Part shown: one piece after another, positions 8,793-18,373 of the stretch | Layout: each line of letters opens with the position of its first letter | Numbering within the stretch: the first letter of the stretch is position 1 | Origin: Vicinamibacteria bacterium | Lineage (GTDB): Bacteria; Acidobacteriota; Vicinamibacteria; Marinacidobacterales; Marinacidobacteraceae | NCBI GenBank assembly: GCA_963555995.3 | Contig: OY821641.1 | Coordinates: 704,001 to 768,000 of the forward strand | DNA length: 64,000 nucleotides | Direction: 5' to 3' | Notes under the pieces: generated by a model | Databases searched by the model: none | Told to the model about the DNA's origin: nothing | The model's input: the letters and a program-made list of their open reading frames with translations, nothing else | Program-made: the position numbers and the translations under genes

Positions 8793-9545
8793 CTATTCCA
8801 GGATGGCGATGCGACTGGCCACGGTCCCTCGTTCGCCGAGGCGAACCACGCGCGTGATCCAACCGCCGAAAGAGCCCGGATAGCGGACGAGGCGACCGAT
8901 GGCGGTCACCTGGTCGTCGAGTCGGGCAATCTCCCGTTCCTGCGCCTCCCGGTCGAGCGGCGCCAGTTGGCGGGCCACGCCCCAGGCCGCGTCACGGGCC
9001 TTCTCCAGACTGAAGTTGATCAGCGTGTCTCCGGCGCTGCCCGACCCCTTCGTCAGGATCCGCAGCACGGGCCATACCTGGGTCAGTTCTGCCTGCACTT
9101 CCCCGACCAGGCCGGCGAGGACTGCGTTGATGCGGTCGAAGTCGCCCTTCAGGGCGACGATCTGCTCACCGGGTGCGGCACGGGCGGCGGCGATGCCGAG
9201 GTCGAGGTTGATATGGGCGTTCATGCCCAGCAGCAGGTGCTGCATGACGATGGGCCACCATTGCCGCGCCGCAGCGAAGGAAAGCGCCCAGGCCTCGGTC
9301 GGCCGGTCTCCGGCTCGGAAGGTTTCGTAAGCGGCCAGGTAGCGGTTGGCGAAGATCACGTCCAGACGCTCCATGCGATCGTTGTCTTCGAAGCGACCGT
9401 CGTTGATATCGGCCTTTACCTGCACCGTGACCTTGCGGTAAAGGGCGGCGAAGTAACCGAGAGGCGAGTTCTCCGCCTTCGTCTCGACGACGATCTGGCC
9501 CAGACGTTCGATAACGCCCTCGATACTTCGATCCTGTTCGCGCAT
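8793..9545 (-). CDS. DUF5995-family protein
   Basis: YFAALYRKVT, FANRYL, LLLGMNAHINLDL, DFDRIN motifs; GGAGG RBS. Confidence 0.8.
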   Translation of the reverse strand: MREQDRSIEGVIERLGQIVVETKAENSPLGYFAALYRKVTVQVKADINDGRFEDNDRMERLDVIFANRYLAAYETFRAGDRPTEAWALSFAAARQWWPIVMQHLLLGMNAHINLDLGIAAARAAPGEQIVALKGDFDRINAVLAGLVGEVQAELTQVWPVLRILTKGSGSAGDTLINFSLEKARDAAWGVARQLAPLDREAQEREIARLDDQVTAIGRLVRYPGSFGGWITRVVRLGERGTVASRIAILE

Positions 9546-10095
9546 CGGCGGACCTCCCTCGTGCGCCGCCCAAGGCCCCGTGATCAAGGGACCCGAGCGT
9601 GAGTCCCGCGGTGGGCCACGGGCGCCTCGTCGCCACGGACGCATTGCATGGAACGCGACACGGTATCAAGGCCATTCCTTCGCGCGGCGGCGGATGCCGG
9701 TGCCGGGAGCCGAACGTGACGTACCGTCAATCCGGTGCGGCAGGCGAAGCGCTACCGCATTCCCTCTCGGGAGCGGCTGGACCCCGGTGACGGGGCGCCG
9801 TTTGTTGGCGGGCTTTGAAGAAGTCCGACTTTTGGGCGGCGAAAATGTCCCACTCGGCTTTGTGTGCACGGGCGGTGCGGAGATCGTCCCGGGAGTCGTC
9901 CTGGGCTGATCGGCGCGCCGGGTCCAAACCGAAGCGCCGCTCCCGAACCAGGGGAGCGACGATGAAGGAGATCAGGAAGCGGGTGCGGTTCCGCTGCTGG
10001 GGGCAAGCCCATTGACACCCGCCAGCGCCCCCCGGCGGGGCGCTGCCGACGCGCCACCGGCCGCCGAGCCGCGCGGTGCTATGGTGAGTGCGCCC

Positions 10096-10785
10096 ATGTC
10101 TCCGAGACGGCGTCGCCGACGCTCCACCCCCACCCCCGCACAGATCTGGCGCATCCTGCACGCCACCGCCCGCGAGGCCCGGGTCGCCCGGCGGGAACTC
10201 GAGGAAGAGAAACGCCGGATGGCGCGCCGGGCGGAAGCGGACGAAAGGAGGCGGAAGGACGAGGCCGCCGCGCTGGCGAAGCGGCTTCAGGAGGCGGAGG
10301 CGGAGCGGGACCGGCAGGAAGCGGAGCGGGACCGGAAGCTGGAGCGGGAGCTGTACCGGATCCTGGGCGACGGCGACAATCGTTGGGGGCAGTTGATCGA
10401 GGCGCTCGTGCAGGGGAACCTCAAGAAGATCTTCCGGGACGCCGGCATCGAAGTGGAGGACGCCCTCGCCCGGCGGCGCTCCCGAATCCGCGGCATCTGG
10501 CGGGAATACGATCTGGTGGCGGTGGGGGAGTCCGACGCGGTGGTGGTCGAGGTGAAGGCGACCCTGCGGGAAGCGGACGTGGTGAGGTTCGGGGAGCGCA
10601 TCGCGGACTTCCGGGAGTGGCGTCCGGACGACGCCCGGTCGCGGATCTGGGGAGCGCTGGCCTACCTCACCCAGGACGCGCGCGCCGCGCCGGCGGCGGA
10701 GGAGGCGGGGTTCTACCTGGTCGAGGCGGTGAGCGGCAGCGCCAGGCTGGCGAACTCCAGGGGCTTCAAGCCGCGATCCTTCTGA
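10096..10785 (+). CDS. Coiled-coil + PD-(D/E)XK nuclease-like protein (DUF3782-like)
   Basis: Charged coiled coil, NRWGQLIEAL, EYDLV...VVEVK nuclease-like motif; start approximate. Confidence 0.7.
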   Translation: MSPRRRRRRSTPTPAQIWRILHATAREARVARRELEEEKRRMARRAEADERRRKDEAAALAKRLQEAEAERDRQEAERDRKLERELYRILGDGDNRWGQLIEALVQGNLKKIFRDAGIEVEDALARRRSRIRGIWREYDLVAVGESDAVVVEVKATLREADVVRFGERIADFREWRPDDARSRIWGALAYLTQDARAAPAAEEAGFYLVEAVSGSARLANSRGFKPRSF

Positions 10786-11036
10786 GGTTCGATCCTCACC
10801 GGGGAACCCTCCGGACTGCTCGATCCACGAGGAATGGAAGTTGGTTGGCTCCAACTCCCGGACCCGCAAGGTGGAACGCTTCGAGGTCCGCGACGCCGCC
10901 TGAGCGCCCGCAGGCATCAGCCTGCCCATGAAGGGACCGCGAACGGGAGCGATTCCCTTCTCCAGGCGGTCGGGATAGGGGACGCAGGAAGCCTTCGTCG
11001 CGAGTCCCCCCACCGGAGGAACCGCCTGACCCGATC

Positions 11037-11336
11037 GGCAAGGGCGAGGACGGTTGGTGGTATGCCCAAGGGCTGGAGATTGACCACTTCGCGGCCGGCC
11101 AGTCAATCGAGGAAGTGAAAAAGAACTTCGAGGACAGCTTCGAATCACTGGTTCGGGCTCATCTTCACAACCACCGTTCGACCGAGGGGATGTTGGTTCC
11201 GGCGCCACCGGAGAAGTGGTCCGAGGCCTACCGGGCCGGTGGCCCGTTGCCGGCGAAGTTCACCCATTTCCAGGTGGTCCGTCGGCCGGCCGGGCACCGA
11301 GAACGCCGAGGCGTCCGGCTGACCCAGTTGCTGTGA
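11037..11336 (+). pseudogene. HicB-like antitoxin remnant
   Basis: Frame reads GEDGWWYAQGLEIDHFAAGQSIEEVKKNF; no in-frame start upstream of this motif; 3' end runs into the repeat element. Confidence 0.45.
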
Positions 11337-11678
11337 AAATGCAGCTCCGGTGCGATGCTGATGGTTGCGAGGACTGCGCGAGCCTGGAGCGCCGCCAGTT
11401 GCTGTGAAAATGCAGTCTGGGCGAAAGGTAGAGGAGCGAAGTCGCGCCGCCGGCTGGGAGCGCCGGTCTTCAGACCGGCACGCGCTGCGCGACAGCGCAG
11501 CGCACGGCACGACGCTGCCCCACACGATGGCGTTCGACTCTTGCTCCATCACGGCAAAGAGCGCTACGACGTCCGCGGGCCTTCGGCCCGCTGTGCCGGT
11601 CTGAAGACCGGCGCTCCCAGCCGTGTCCGTCATTTTCGTGCCCGGTGGGGTGTGCGGGAGGACCGCACATGACGGTTT
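11324..11678 (+). mobile_element. Composite REPIN-like element with duplicated left flank
   Basis: CCAGTTGCTGTGAAAATGCAG at 11324 and 11395; REP pair; same right flank as the 7289 copy. Confidence 0.8.
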
Positions 11679-11833
11679 CTCCCGGTGGGGGCCAGCCGGG
11701 ATGCATCGGCGTTTGCGTCGCTAGCGGGGCGCGAGCCCCGCGCAGACCCCGGAGCGAGAGGGACAGGGGATGGGTTCGCCCGGCCCCTATCCCCCTTGGC
11801 TCGGGAATGCCGCGTGACTTTGTCCACAGGCTG

Positions 11834-11888
11834 TGTCAAGCGACAGATAAAACTGGGCCGCTTGGCGACATCTAAAACTGGGCCACCC
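11834..11888 (+). mobile_element. Orphan IS21-family-like terminal repeat
   Basis: TGTCAAGCGACAGATAAAACTGGGCC ... GCGACATCTAAAACTGGGCCACC: 5' TGT plus tandem subterminal repeats; no istA follows. Confidence 0.55.
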
Positions 11889-11970
11889 CCGAGGGTTGGG
11901 CCGTCCCGTGCGACGTTCCGCCCTCCGGCAAAACGAAGCCCGGCAGTTCCGCCCCCCTCCGGGGGACGAT

Positions 11971-12081
11971 GCCGGTCTGGAGACCGGCGTTCCAAGGCGG
12001 GGGCGCCGTGAGAGCGGGTGGGGTCGCGACGGGCGCGGAGCGCTGCGCTGCGCGTGCCGGTCTGGAGACCGGCGTTCCAAG
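11971..12081 (-). repeat. Two direct REP copies (TCCA-loop variant)
   Basis: GCCGGTCTGGAGACCGGCGTTCCAAGG twice. Confidence 0.75.
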
Positions 12082-12186
12082 GTGGGGGGGGGCGTGGGGA
12101 GCGGCGTGGGGAGGCCGCTCCCCGGAGGGGGGTTCCGGCCGGGGGGTGGGTGGGGGCCGGCCGGAGAGGGGGGGGTCAGGGAGTCG

Positions 12187-12513
12187 CTATTCGGATGCCT
12201 TGATGGAGGTGACCTTGATGGTGTTGGAGGCCTCGTCGAGGGTGCCCATGACCGTGACCTCGGCGCCGAGGTGCTCGAGGGCCTTCTCGTTGGTGATGTC
12301 GAGGAGGTGGAAGCCGGCCTCGCTTGCGAGGGCGACGCCGCCGCCCCGGCTGAGACAACCGGTGGCGCAGCCCTTGTGGTCGGCGTTGCCGGCCTTGGCG
12401 AAGTCCTTCGCGCAGGCCTCGTCGGCGACCCAGCCCTTGAAGGTGGTGTCTTCGGCGGCGGCGAACGCGACGGAGGCGAACAGCACGAGGGCGAGGATGA
12501 GAAGCTTCTTCAT
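12187..12513 (-). CDS. Small secreted protein (DUF5818-like)
   Basis: AGGAG RBS; signal peptide MKKLLILALVLFASVAFA; C..C...C motif; VTVMGTLD. Confidence 0.75.
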   Translation of the reverse strand: MKKLLILALVLFASVAFAAAEDTTFKGWVADEACAKDFAKAGNADHKGCATGCLSRGGGVALASEAGFHLLDITNEKALEHLGAEVTVMGTLDEASNTIKVTSIKASE

Positions 12514-12680
12514 CGGGGTTCTCCTTGGTGGTGGGGGCGCGACGTTGCCGCACCCGGAAAAGGAAAATGGGAGCGAGGATTCTACCCGGACGGGCCGCCG
12601 AACGCACGCGCGGATCGGGCCGACACGCTCTGTGGCCCTGCGGGCCGCGTGCCGGCCTGAAGACCGGCGGTTCCGGCGGA

Positions 12681-13859
12681 CTACCAGGTCTGCGTCTCGT
12701 CGGAATGCAGCTTGGGTGGCAGCCGGTACGAGATCAGCGGATCGCGCAACTGCGAGTTGTCGACCAGGGCCGTGAACCGGTCCACCTTCACCCGCGCCTC
12801 CCAGCGCGGGAACAGGCTGCGCACCCGCTTCCCCAGGCGGCGCTTCGTCCGCAGGTAGAACAGCAGACCCCAGGTGGACTGGCGCGGGTAGTTGAGCTGG
12901 TCCGCGAGTTCGTCGCCGATCAGCGCCCGCGAAACGCGATAGACGTAGTTGGCGAGGTCCTGCCGTTCCCCGGGCTTCCGGACGCCGATCACCACCGGCG
13001 CGGAGTTCACGAGCGCGTTCCCCATCACCAGGCTCTCGATCTCCGGCCGCGGCTCGCAGGCGAAGCCGACCCGGCTGAGATCGAGCGCCTCCGCCTCGCT
13101 CCGGAACAGGATCGTCTCCGGCACGCCCATCAGGTGGGCGGAGTAGCGCCAGATCTGGACGAACGCCTCCCGCTCCTCCGCCGTCGGTTCGGCGCCGAGC
13201 CGCATCGCGGCCTCGAGCACCCGCGCGGAGAAGTTGGCCGCGGCGAGCGCGACGTGCGCGATGTGGATCGGCACGCCGAACTCCGCCTCGTCCCACTCGT
13301 CGGACCTCCCGAGGAAATGGCGCACCTGGGCGTGGATGAGGCGGATGCGGACGCTCAGCTTCCACCCCTCGCCGTACCGCTCGAGGCCTCCCGGCATCAT
13401 GATCTCGATGAGCTGCCGGATGTTCTGCCGCAGCCGGCGGACCCCGTGGTCGGTCAGCCGGCCCGTGGCGAAGAACGACTTGCTGATGAGCGTGGTGAAG
13501 CCGCGCACGATGCTCGAACCCACCAACGCCTGGACGTACAGGTCCGAGTCGGTGTGGAAGGCCCGGCACCCGGGGTACACCGCCCGCGAATCGAACCAGT
13601 CCGGCGCCTCCCCACTGACCTCGATGAGGCGCCGGAGCTCGGCGGGAGCGTCGCGGAAGCCCGCCGCGTCCTCGTCCATTCCGGCGGTGATGAGCTGGTG
13701 GATCCGTTCCTGCGGCATGCCCGCCATGGCCGCGACGGCGGCGTCCGCGTCGGGGTCCCCCCGCATGGTGTGCTCGCCGTAGCGATCCGCCAGCTCCGGG
13801 TCCGACCGGCGCGCCTGCGCATGGCCGGGCCGGTAGGCGGTGGGGACTTCGGGAGCCAT
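12681..13859 (-). CDS. Oxygenase of MpaB/DUF2236 (Lcp-like) family
   Basis: GDPDAD, VRIRLIHAQVRHFL, WD...FGVPI, WRY.AHLMGV motifs. Confidence 0.8.
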   Translation of the reverse strand: MAPEVPTAYRPGHAQARRSDPELADRYGEHTMRGDPDADAAVAAMAGMPQERIHQLITAGMDEDAAGFRDAPAELRRLIEVSGEAPDWFDSRAVYPGCRAFHTDSDLYVQALVGSSIVRGFTTLISKSFFATGRLTDHGVRRLRQNIRQLIEIMMPGGLERYGEGWKLSVRIRLIHAQVRHFLGRSDEWDEAEFGVPIHIAHVALAAANFSARVLEAAMRLGAEPTAEEREAFVQIWRYSAHLMGVPETILFRSEAEALDLSRVGFACEPRPEIESLVMGNALVNSAPVVIGVRKPGERQDLANYVYRVSRALIGDELADQLNYPRQSTWGLLFYLRTKRRLGKRVRSLFPRWEARVKVDRFTALVDNSQLRDPLISYRLPPKLHSDETQTW

Positions 13860-14166
13860 CGGCGCGGAGTTCAAGCGCCCGCCACGGTCATCAGGTGACT
13901 CCACTCTGTCGCTCGAATGTTACTTGAAATCCTCCGGGTCCGGGCAGAAGGAATCCGCCCGGGAGCACCCGGAGCGCCGGCCGCCGCCATCTCCGGGCCG
14001 CCTCCGGGACGACCGGGTGTCCGAGAGCGCCGCCGCCGCCACTTCGTGACATTTTGGTTCCATCGTGGATCGTGAACATGATAATCTGGCGATTCTCGGC
14101 CGTTCGTCCGGATCGCCCGGCTCGCACGGGGGCCGGTCACCCGCCCGGCCCGACGGAGGTGGACCC

Positions 14167-16023
14167 GTGAACGAACATCCCGACGCGCTGCGCCGGCGGA
14201 TCGGGACGCTCGAGGAACGCGTCGAAGCGCTGGTCGAGACCTCGCCGGTGGGCGTCGTGGTCTTCGACGGCGGAACCGGCAGGCTCGCGGCGGTCAACCG
14301 GGAGGCGCTGCGGATCACGGAGCGGCTGCGGACGCCGGACGCTCCCGTCGAGGCGTTGCCGGAGGGCCTGGTCTGCCGGCGGGCGGACGGCCGGGAGGTC
14401 GCGCTGGCGGAGGACTCGCTCGTCGAGCAACTGGACCGCGGCGAAACGGTGCGCGCCGAGGAGGTCACGCTCTCGGTTCCCGACGGCCGGAGCGTCACCA
14501 CGCTGATCAACGCCACCCCCGTCCGGGCGGCGGACGGCGCCCTCGAATCGTACGTGGTCACGATGCAGGACCTCGCGCCCCTCGAGGAAGCCGAGCGGCA
14601 GCGGACCGGGTTCCTGAGCCTGGTGAGCAATGAGATGCGAGCGCCGCTGATCGCCATCAAGGGCTCGACCGCCACCGTGCTCGGCGCCGCTCCGGCGCCG
14701 AGCCTCGCCGAGATGCTCCAGTTCTTCCGGATCATTGACGAGCAGGCCGATCGCCTGCGCGGCCTGATCGCGGACCTCCGCGACCAGGGGCGCATCGAGA
14801 CCGGCACGCTGTCGGTGTCGCCGGAACCGGTGGAGGTGGCCGTTCTGGTGGACCAGGCCCGGAACACCTTCCTGAGCGGCGGGGGCCGGCACCCCCTGCG
14901 CGTTGACCTGCCGGAGAACCTGCCGTGGGTGCTGGTGGATCGGGACCGCATCGCCCAGGTCCTGAACAACCTGCTCGCGAACGCGGCGCGGCACGCTCCC
15001 GAGTCGTCCACGATCCGGGTCGCGGCGGCGCCGAGCGGCGTGCACGTCGCGCTGTCGGTCACCGACGAGGGCCGGGGCGTGCCGCCCGACCGGCTGCCGC
15101 ACCTGTTCCGCAAGCAGGCCGGAGCCGGGGACCCCGGAATCGGCGGCGACGGCCTGGGCCTCGTGATCTGCAAGGGTCTGGTGGAAGCCCACGGAGGGCG
15201 CATCTGGGCGGAGAGCGACGGGCTGGGGCGCGGCGCCCGGTTCACCTTCACGGCGCCGGTGGCGGAAGGGTTCGGCCGCGCCGCCGCGGCGAGCCCGGGC
15301 GGGTCCGGCCCGGCTCCGGACGGGAACCGGCGGACGCGGGTCGTGGTGGTGGACGACGATCCCTATGTCCTCCGCTACGTTCGGGAGGCGCTCGGCGAGG
15401 CCGGCTACCTCGTGTTCGGGACGGATGACCCGGAAGAGCTGTGCGATCTCGTCCGGACCCACCGGCCCGGACTGGTGCTGCTCGACGTCCTGCTCCCCGG
15501 GACCGACGGCATCGAGCTCATGGAGTCGGTGCCCGAGCTGGCCGATGTCCCGGTCATCTTCATCTCCGCCTACGGCCGCGACGAGGCGATCGTCAGGGCG
15601 CTGGACGCGGGCGCCGCCGACTACATCGTCAAGCCCTTCTCGCCCTCGGAGCTGACCGCGCGGGTGCGGGCCTCGCTGCGCGCGCGGGCCGAGCCCGAGC
15701 CCTTCGTGCTCGGCGAGCTGTCCGTGGACTACGGCGCGCGCCGGGTCGAGGTCGCGGGGCGCCCGGTGGAGCTGACGGCGACCGAGTACCAGTTGCTGCG
15801 GGTGCTCTCGATGAATGCGGGACGGGTCCTGACGTTCGATTCGCTGCTCCGCCAGGCGTGGCGCGGACGGCAGAACGCCGGCGATCCGAAGCTGGTGCGC
15901 GCCGTCGTGAAACGGCTGCGCCGCAAGCTGGGCGACGACGCCGTGGACCCGGTCTATGTCCGCAACGAGCGCGGCGTCGGCTACCGCATGCCGGAACCCG
16001 ACCGCGGCTCCGCCAGGGGATAG
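14167..16023 (+). CDS. Hybrid PAS-HisKA-HATPase-receiver-OmpR winged-helix protein with H-box His replaced by Asn
   Basis: GGAGG RBS; SNEMRAPL H-box, NLLANA N-box, DEGRG, GLGL; LLDVLLPG receiver; ELTATEY...RLRRKL...GVGY wHTH. Confidence 0.85.
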   Translation: MNEHPDALRRRIGTLEERVEALVETSPVGVVVFDGGTGRLAAVNREALRITERLRTPDAPVEALPEGLVCRRADGREVALAEDSLVEQLDRGETVRAEEVTLSVPDGRSVTTLINATPVRAADGALESYVVTMQDLAPLEEAERQRTGFLSLVSNEMRAPLIAIKGSTATVLGAAPAPSLAEMLQFFRIIDEQADRLRGLIADLRDQGRIETGTLSVSPEPVEVAVLVDQARNTFLSGGGRHPLRVDLPENLPWVLVDRDRIAQVLNNLLANAARHAPESSTIRVAAAPSGVHVALSVTDEGRGVPPDRLPHLFRKQAGAGDPGIGGDGLGLVICKGLVEAHGGRIWAESDGLGRGARFTFTAPVAEGFGRAAAASPGGSGPAPDGNRRTRVVVVDDDPYVLRYVREALGEAGYLVFGTDDPEELCDLVRTHRPGLVLLDVLLPGTDGIELMESVPELADVPVIFISAYGRDEAIVRALDAGAADYIVKPFSPSELTARVRASLRARAEPEPFVLGELSVDYGARRVEVAGRPVELTATEYQLLRVLSMNAGRVLTFDSLLRQAWRGRQNAGDPKLVRAVVKRLRRKLGDDAVDPVYVRNERGVGYRMPEPDRGSARG

Positions 16024-16116
16024 ACGGCCATTACGGCGGGAGCGCCGGTCTTCGGGCCGGCGCTCCCGGCCGGCGTCGGAGCTTGAGCCGCGTTCGGTGA
16101 TTTTCTCCTTTTTGCT

Positions 16117-17991
16117 ATGTTCCTGGGTGCCGGTCTCGTGCTCTCGGGTTGTGGCGACGACGACACGGCCACCACGCCCGCACCGGCGCCGCCACCGCCA
16201 CCGGCTCCTGAGCCGGAGCCGGAACCCGAGCCTGAGCCTGAGCCGGAGCCCGAGCCGACTCCCCTCCATGCCCACTTCGAGATTCCGGAGGATGCCGATT
16301 CCCCGTACCCGATGATTCCGGACGACGGCACCGACGAGGAGACCGCCATGGCGTCCGTCAACCCGCAGATGGTGGTCGAGATGAACATGGCGGGCATCGT
16401 GACGCCGCTCTTCATCGAGGGCGCCGCCCCGATCGGCCTGGTCCCGGGTGACAACATGCCTTTCGCCTACGTCGACTGGAAAGCCATGCAGAGCGCCGTG
16501 GTCAGCGCCACTGGCGCGCAGTTCTCGGTCATCCCGGTAGAGATCGGCGCCAACCAGGTCCCCATTCCGATCGGCGCCGGAGTCATCGTGTCCTGCGGCC
16601 CGTTCGCGTGCTCGGAGAGTCCGATGGCGCCGGAGATCACGATCGGAGACTCCCCCGCCTGTCAGGCATGGCAACCGGATGTCAGACTCCAGGTTGGTCT
16701 CGTGGACAACGACAAGGCTGACGACGACACCGGAGCCGAGGGTACTCAGGTGCTGTACAACGGCGTGGATGTTGGCTGGATCATCAGTTCCAACGTCAAC
16801 ATGTCCGTGAAGCATCACTTCAGCGGTGTGGCGAACGGCCATAACCGGGTCCTGTCCGGCTTGGATGCTTCCAAGGGCACCGACAAGCCGTACGCCATGA
16901 CGAATGCGCATAACACTCCCGCACCGCGGGGTAGCGCACTCATCGACAACGCCGACTTCGACTTGCCTACGACGTTGCGAGTCGAGACGGAAGGTGACGG
17001 CCGGGGTTGCATCGCCACGGACACGTACAGCGAAGCCATCAGCGGCGTTCACGAGCCGGATGAGTGCTTCCGGGTCATTGCCAACGGCACCGCCAAGACC
17101 GGCGCGAACTACCTCTCCGGCTACAGCATCGAGCTCACTCCGAAGGGTGCAGAAGTCTCTTGGGGCAGCGTGGAACGGACTGAGGATCCCTTTGAGGATC
17201 TGACCTGCGACAGCAAGGAGGTCATGGCCATGGATGCCGCGGAAGCGGACGTCTGCGAACTGTTCGAGGACGAGGTTGACCGTGCTATCGCCAACGGATG
17301 GGGCGGTGCCAAGGGAACGTCAGTGACAGTCGTGCCCGCGCAGCAGAACGACTCCAACACGGGCCGTCTTGCCCAGCTTCAGATTGCTGCTCCCGCCGCT
17401 TCGAGCCATCAGTTCAGCGCGCTCTGGTTCAGCAACAACGATGGCGGCAAGAATCCTGCCGATACCGATATGTACGCGGACGCCGACACCGACACGACCG
17501 GCGTTCAGAGGGCACCTCTCTTGCTCAAACTTACGGACGGCGACGGCGATCCGAAGTACGGTGACTTCGGGAAGGTGGACCTGGTCAAGATCGGTGCCGA
17601 CGGGACGGATGACGGAACTGCCGATACGAACTACGACGCCAATGCCATCAAGCCGGACGGCAAGGCCGACAACTACCAGAGTCTCGACGGCACCACGGTG
17701 ACTTCCGACGATGCGGCAGCCTGTAGCGACGACGACGGTGCTGGCTGCGACGCGGAGTTCTCCGAGACGATTGACGTCACCTTCGATTCGGGAACTGCGC
17801 TCGGCTGCAGCGTGGCGCGGCAGGTCACCGTGACGTGTGAGTGGGATGCTCAGGGCCTCATCAAGAGCAACCCGATCGATCGCACCGCCCCCACCAGAGC
17901 CGAACCGCAGACGAGTTCGTTCAGCACCTTCAACGCGACCGAGACCGATTGGAGCAACATTGCACAGTTCGCCAAGTGCACGGTGAGCTAG
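16117..17991 (+). CDS. Cys-rich surface lipoprotein paralog A (short or damaged signal peptide)
   Basis: LSGC lipobox, (EP)n linker, ~175-aa region near-identical to 21807-23615; n-region lost by an apparent 1-nt deletion upstream of ATG. Confidence 0.85.
   Translation: MFLGAGLVLSGCGDDDTATTPAPAPPPPPAPEPEPEPEPEPEPEPEPTPLHAHFEIPEDADSPYPMIPDDGTDEETAMASVNPQMVVEMNMAGIVTPLFIEGAAPIGLVPGDNMPFAYVDWKAMQSAVVSATGAQFSVIPVEIGANQVPIPIGAGVIVSCGPFACSESPMAPEITIGDSPACQAWQPDVRLQVGLVDNDKADDDTGAEGTQVLYNGVDVGWIISSNVNMSVKHHFSGVANGHNRVLSGLDASKGTDKPYAMTNAHNTPAPRGSALIDNADFDLPTTLRVETEGDGRGCIATDTYSEAISGVHEPDECFRVIANGTAKTGANYLSGYSIELTPKGAEVSWGSVERTEDPFEDLTCDSKEVMAMDAAEADVCELFEDEVDRAIANGWGGAKGTSVTVVPAQQNDSNTGRLAQLQIAAPAASSHQFSALWFSNNDGGKNPADTDMYADADTDTTGVQRAPLLLKLTDGDGDPKYGDFGKVDLVKIGADGTDDGTADTNYDANAIKPDGKADNYQSLDGTTVTSDDAAACSDDDGAGCDAEFSETIDVTFDSGTALGCSVARQVTVTCEWDAQGLIKSNPIDRTAPTRAEPQTSSFSTFNATETDWSNIAQFAKCTVS
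16513..16638 (+). repeat. Perfect 126-bp inverted repeat, arm 1 (partner 23043-23168), within a ~510-bp imperfect inverted repeat
   Basis: Base-by-base manual comparison with the reverse complement of 23043-23168. Confidence 0.9.
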
Positions 17992-18036
17992 CCTGACGGA
18001 ATCCGTGACGGCGGTCTGACCCGCCCAGCGGATTCA

Positions 18037-18070
18037 GAGCCCCGGGGCCAGCCGGCCCCGGGGTTCTTTC
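18037..18070 (+). terminator. Intrinsic terminator of paralog A
   Basis: GAGCCCCGGGGCC-AGCC-GGCCCCGGGGTTC-TTTC; near-identical to the paralog B terminator. Confidence 0.8.
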
Positions 18071-18110
18071 GTGTACGCAGGTTGCGCCCCGGCCAGGATG
18101 GCGCGTACGG

Positions 18111-18274
18111 CTTGGAACGCCGGCTTCAGCCGGCACCCGCTACGCGAAGCGCAGCGCGCGGCACGACGCCGACCTGCCCGATGACGCTCGGTTCGCGGTC
18201 CGTCACCGCGAACAGCGGCACGTCGTCCGAGCGGGCCTTCGGCCCGCGGTGCCGGCTGAAGCCGGCGTTCCAAG
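18111..18274. mobile_element. REPIN core without outer flanks
   Basis: CTTGGAACGCCGGCTTCAGCCGGC ... GCCGGCTGAAGCCGGCGTTCCAAG around the family spacer. Confidence 0.75.
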
Positions 18275-18373
18275 CCGTTCCACCACTTTCCTGACCGGCC
18301 GGGGCGCGTCCCCCACGGGTCCCGGAGAGGGTTCCGTCAGCCGGTTATGCGTAGTCCCGGTCGAGGCGCTGGA

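Noticed and set aside
14137-17052. 971-aa minus-strand ORF, and similar long ORFs 21642-23612, 26609-29482, 29142-31718, 37100-40375, 57299-59614
   Set aside because: Antisense or alternate-frame shadows of well-supported genes in high-GC DNA; no motifs
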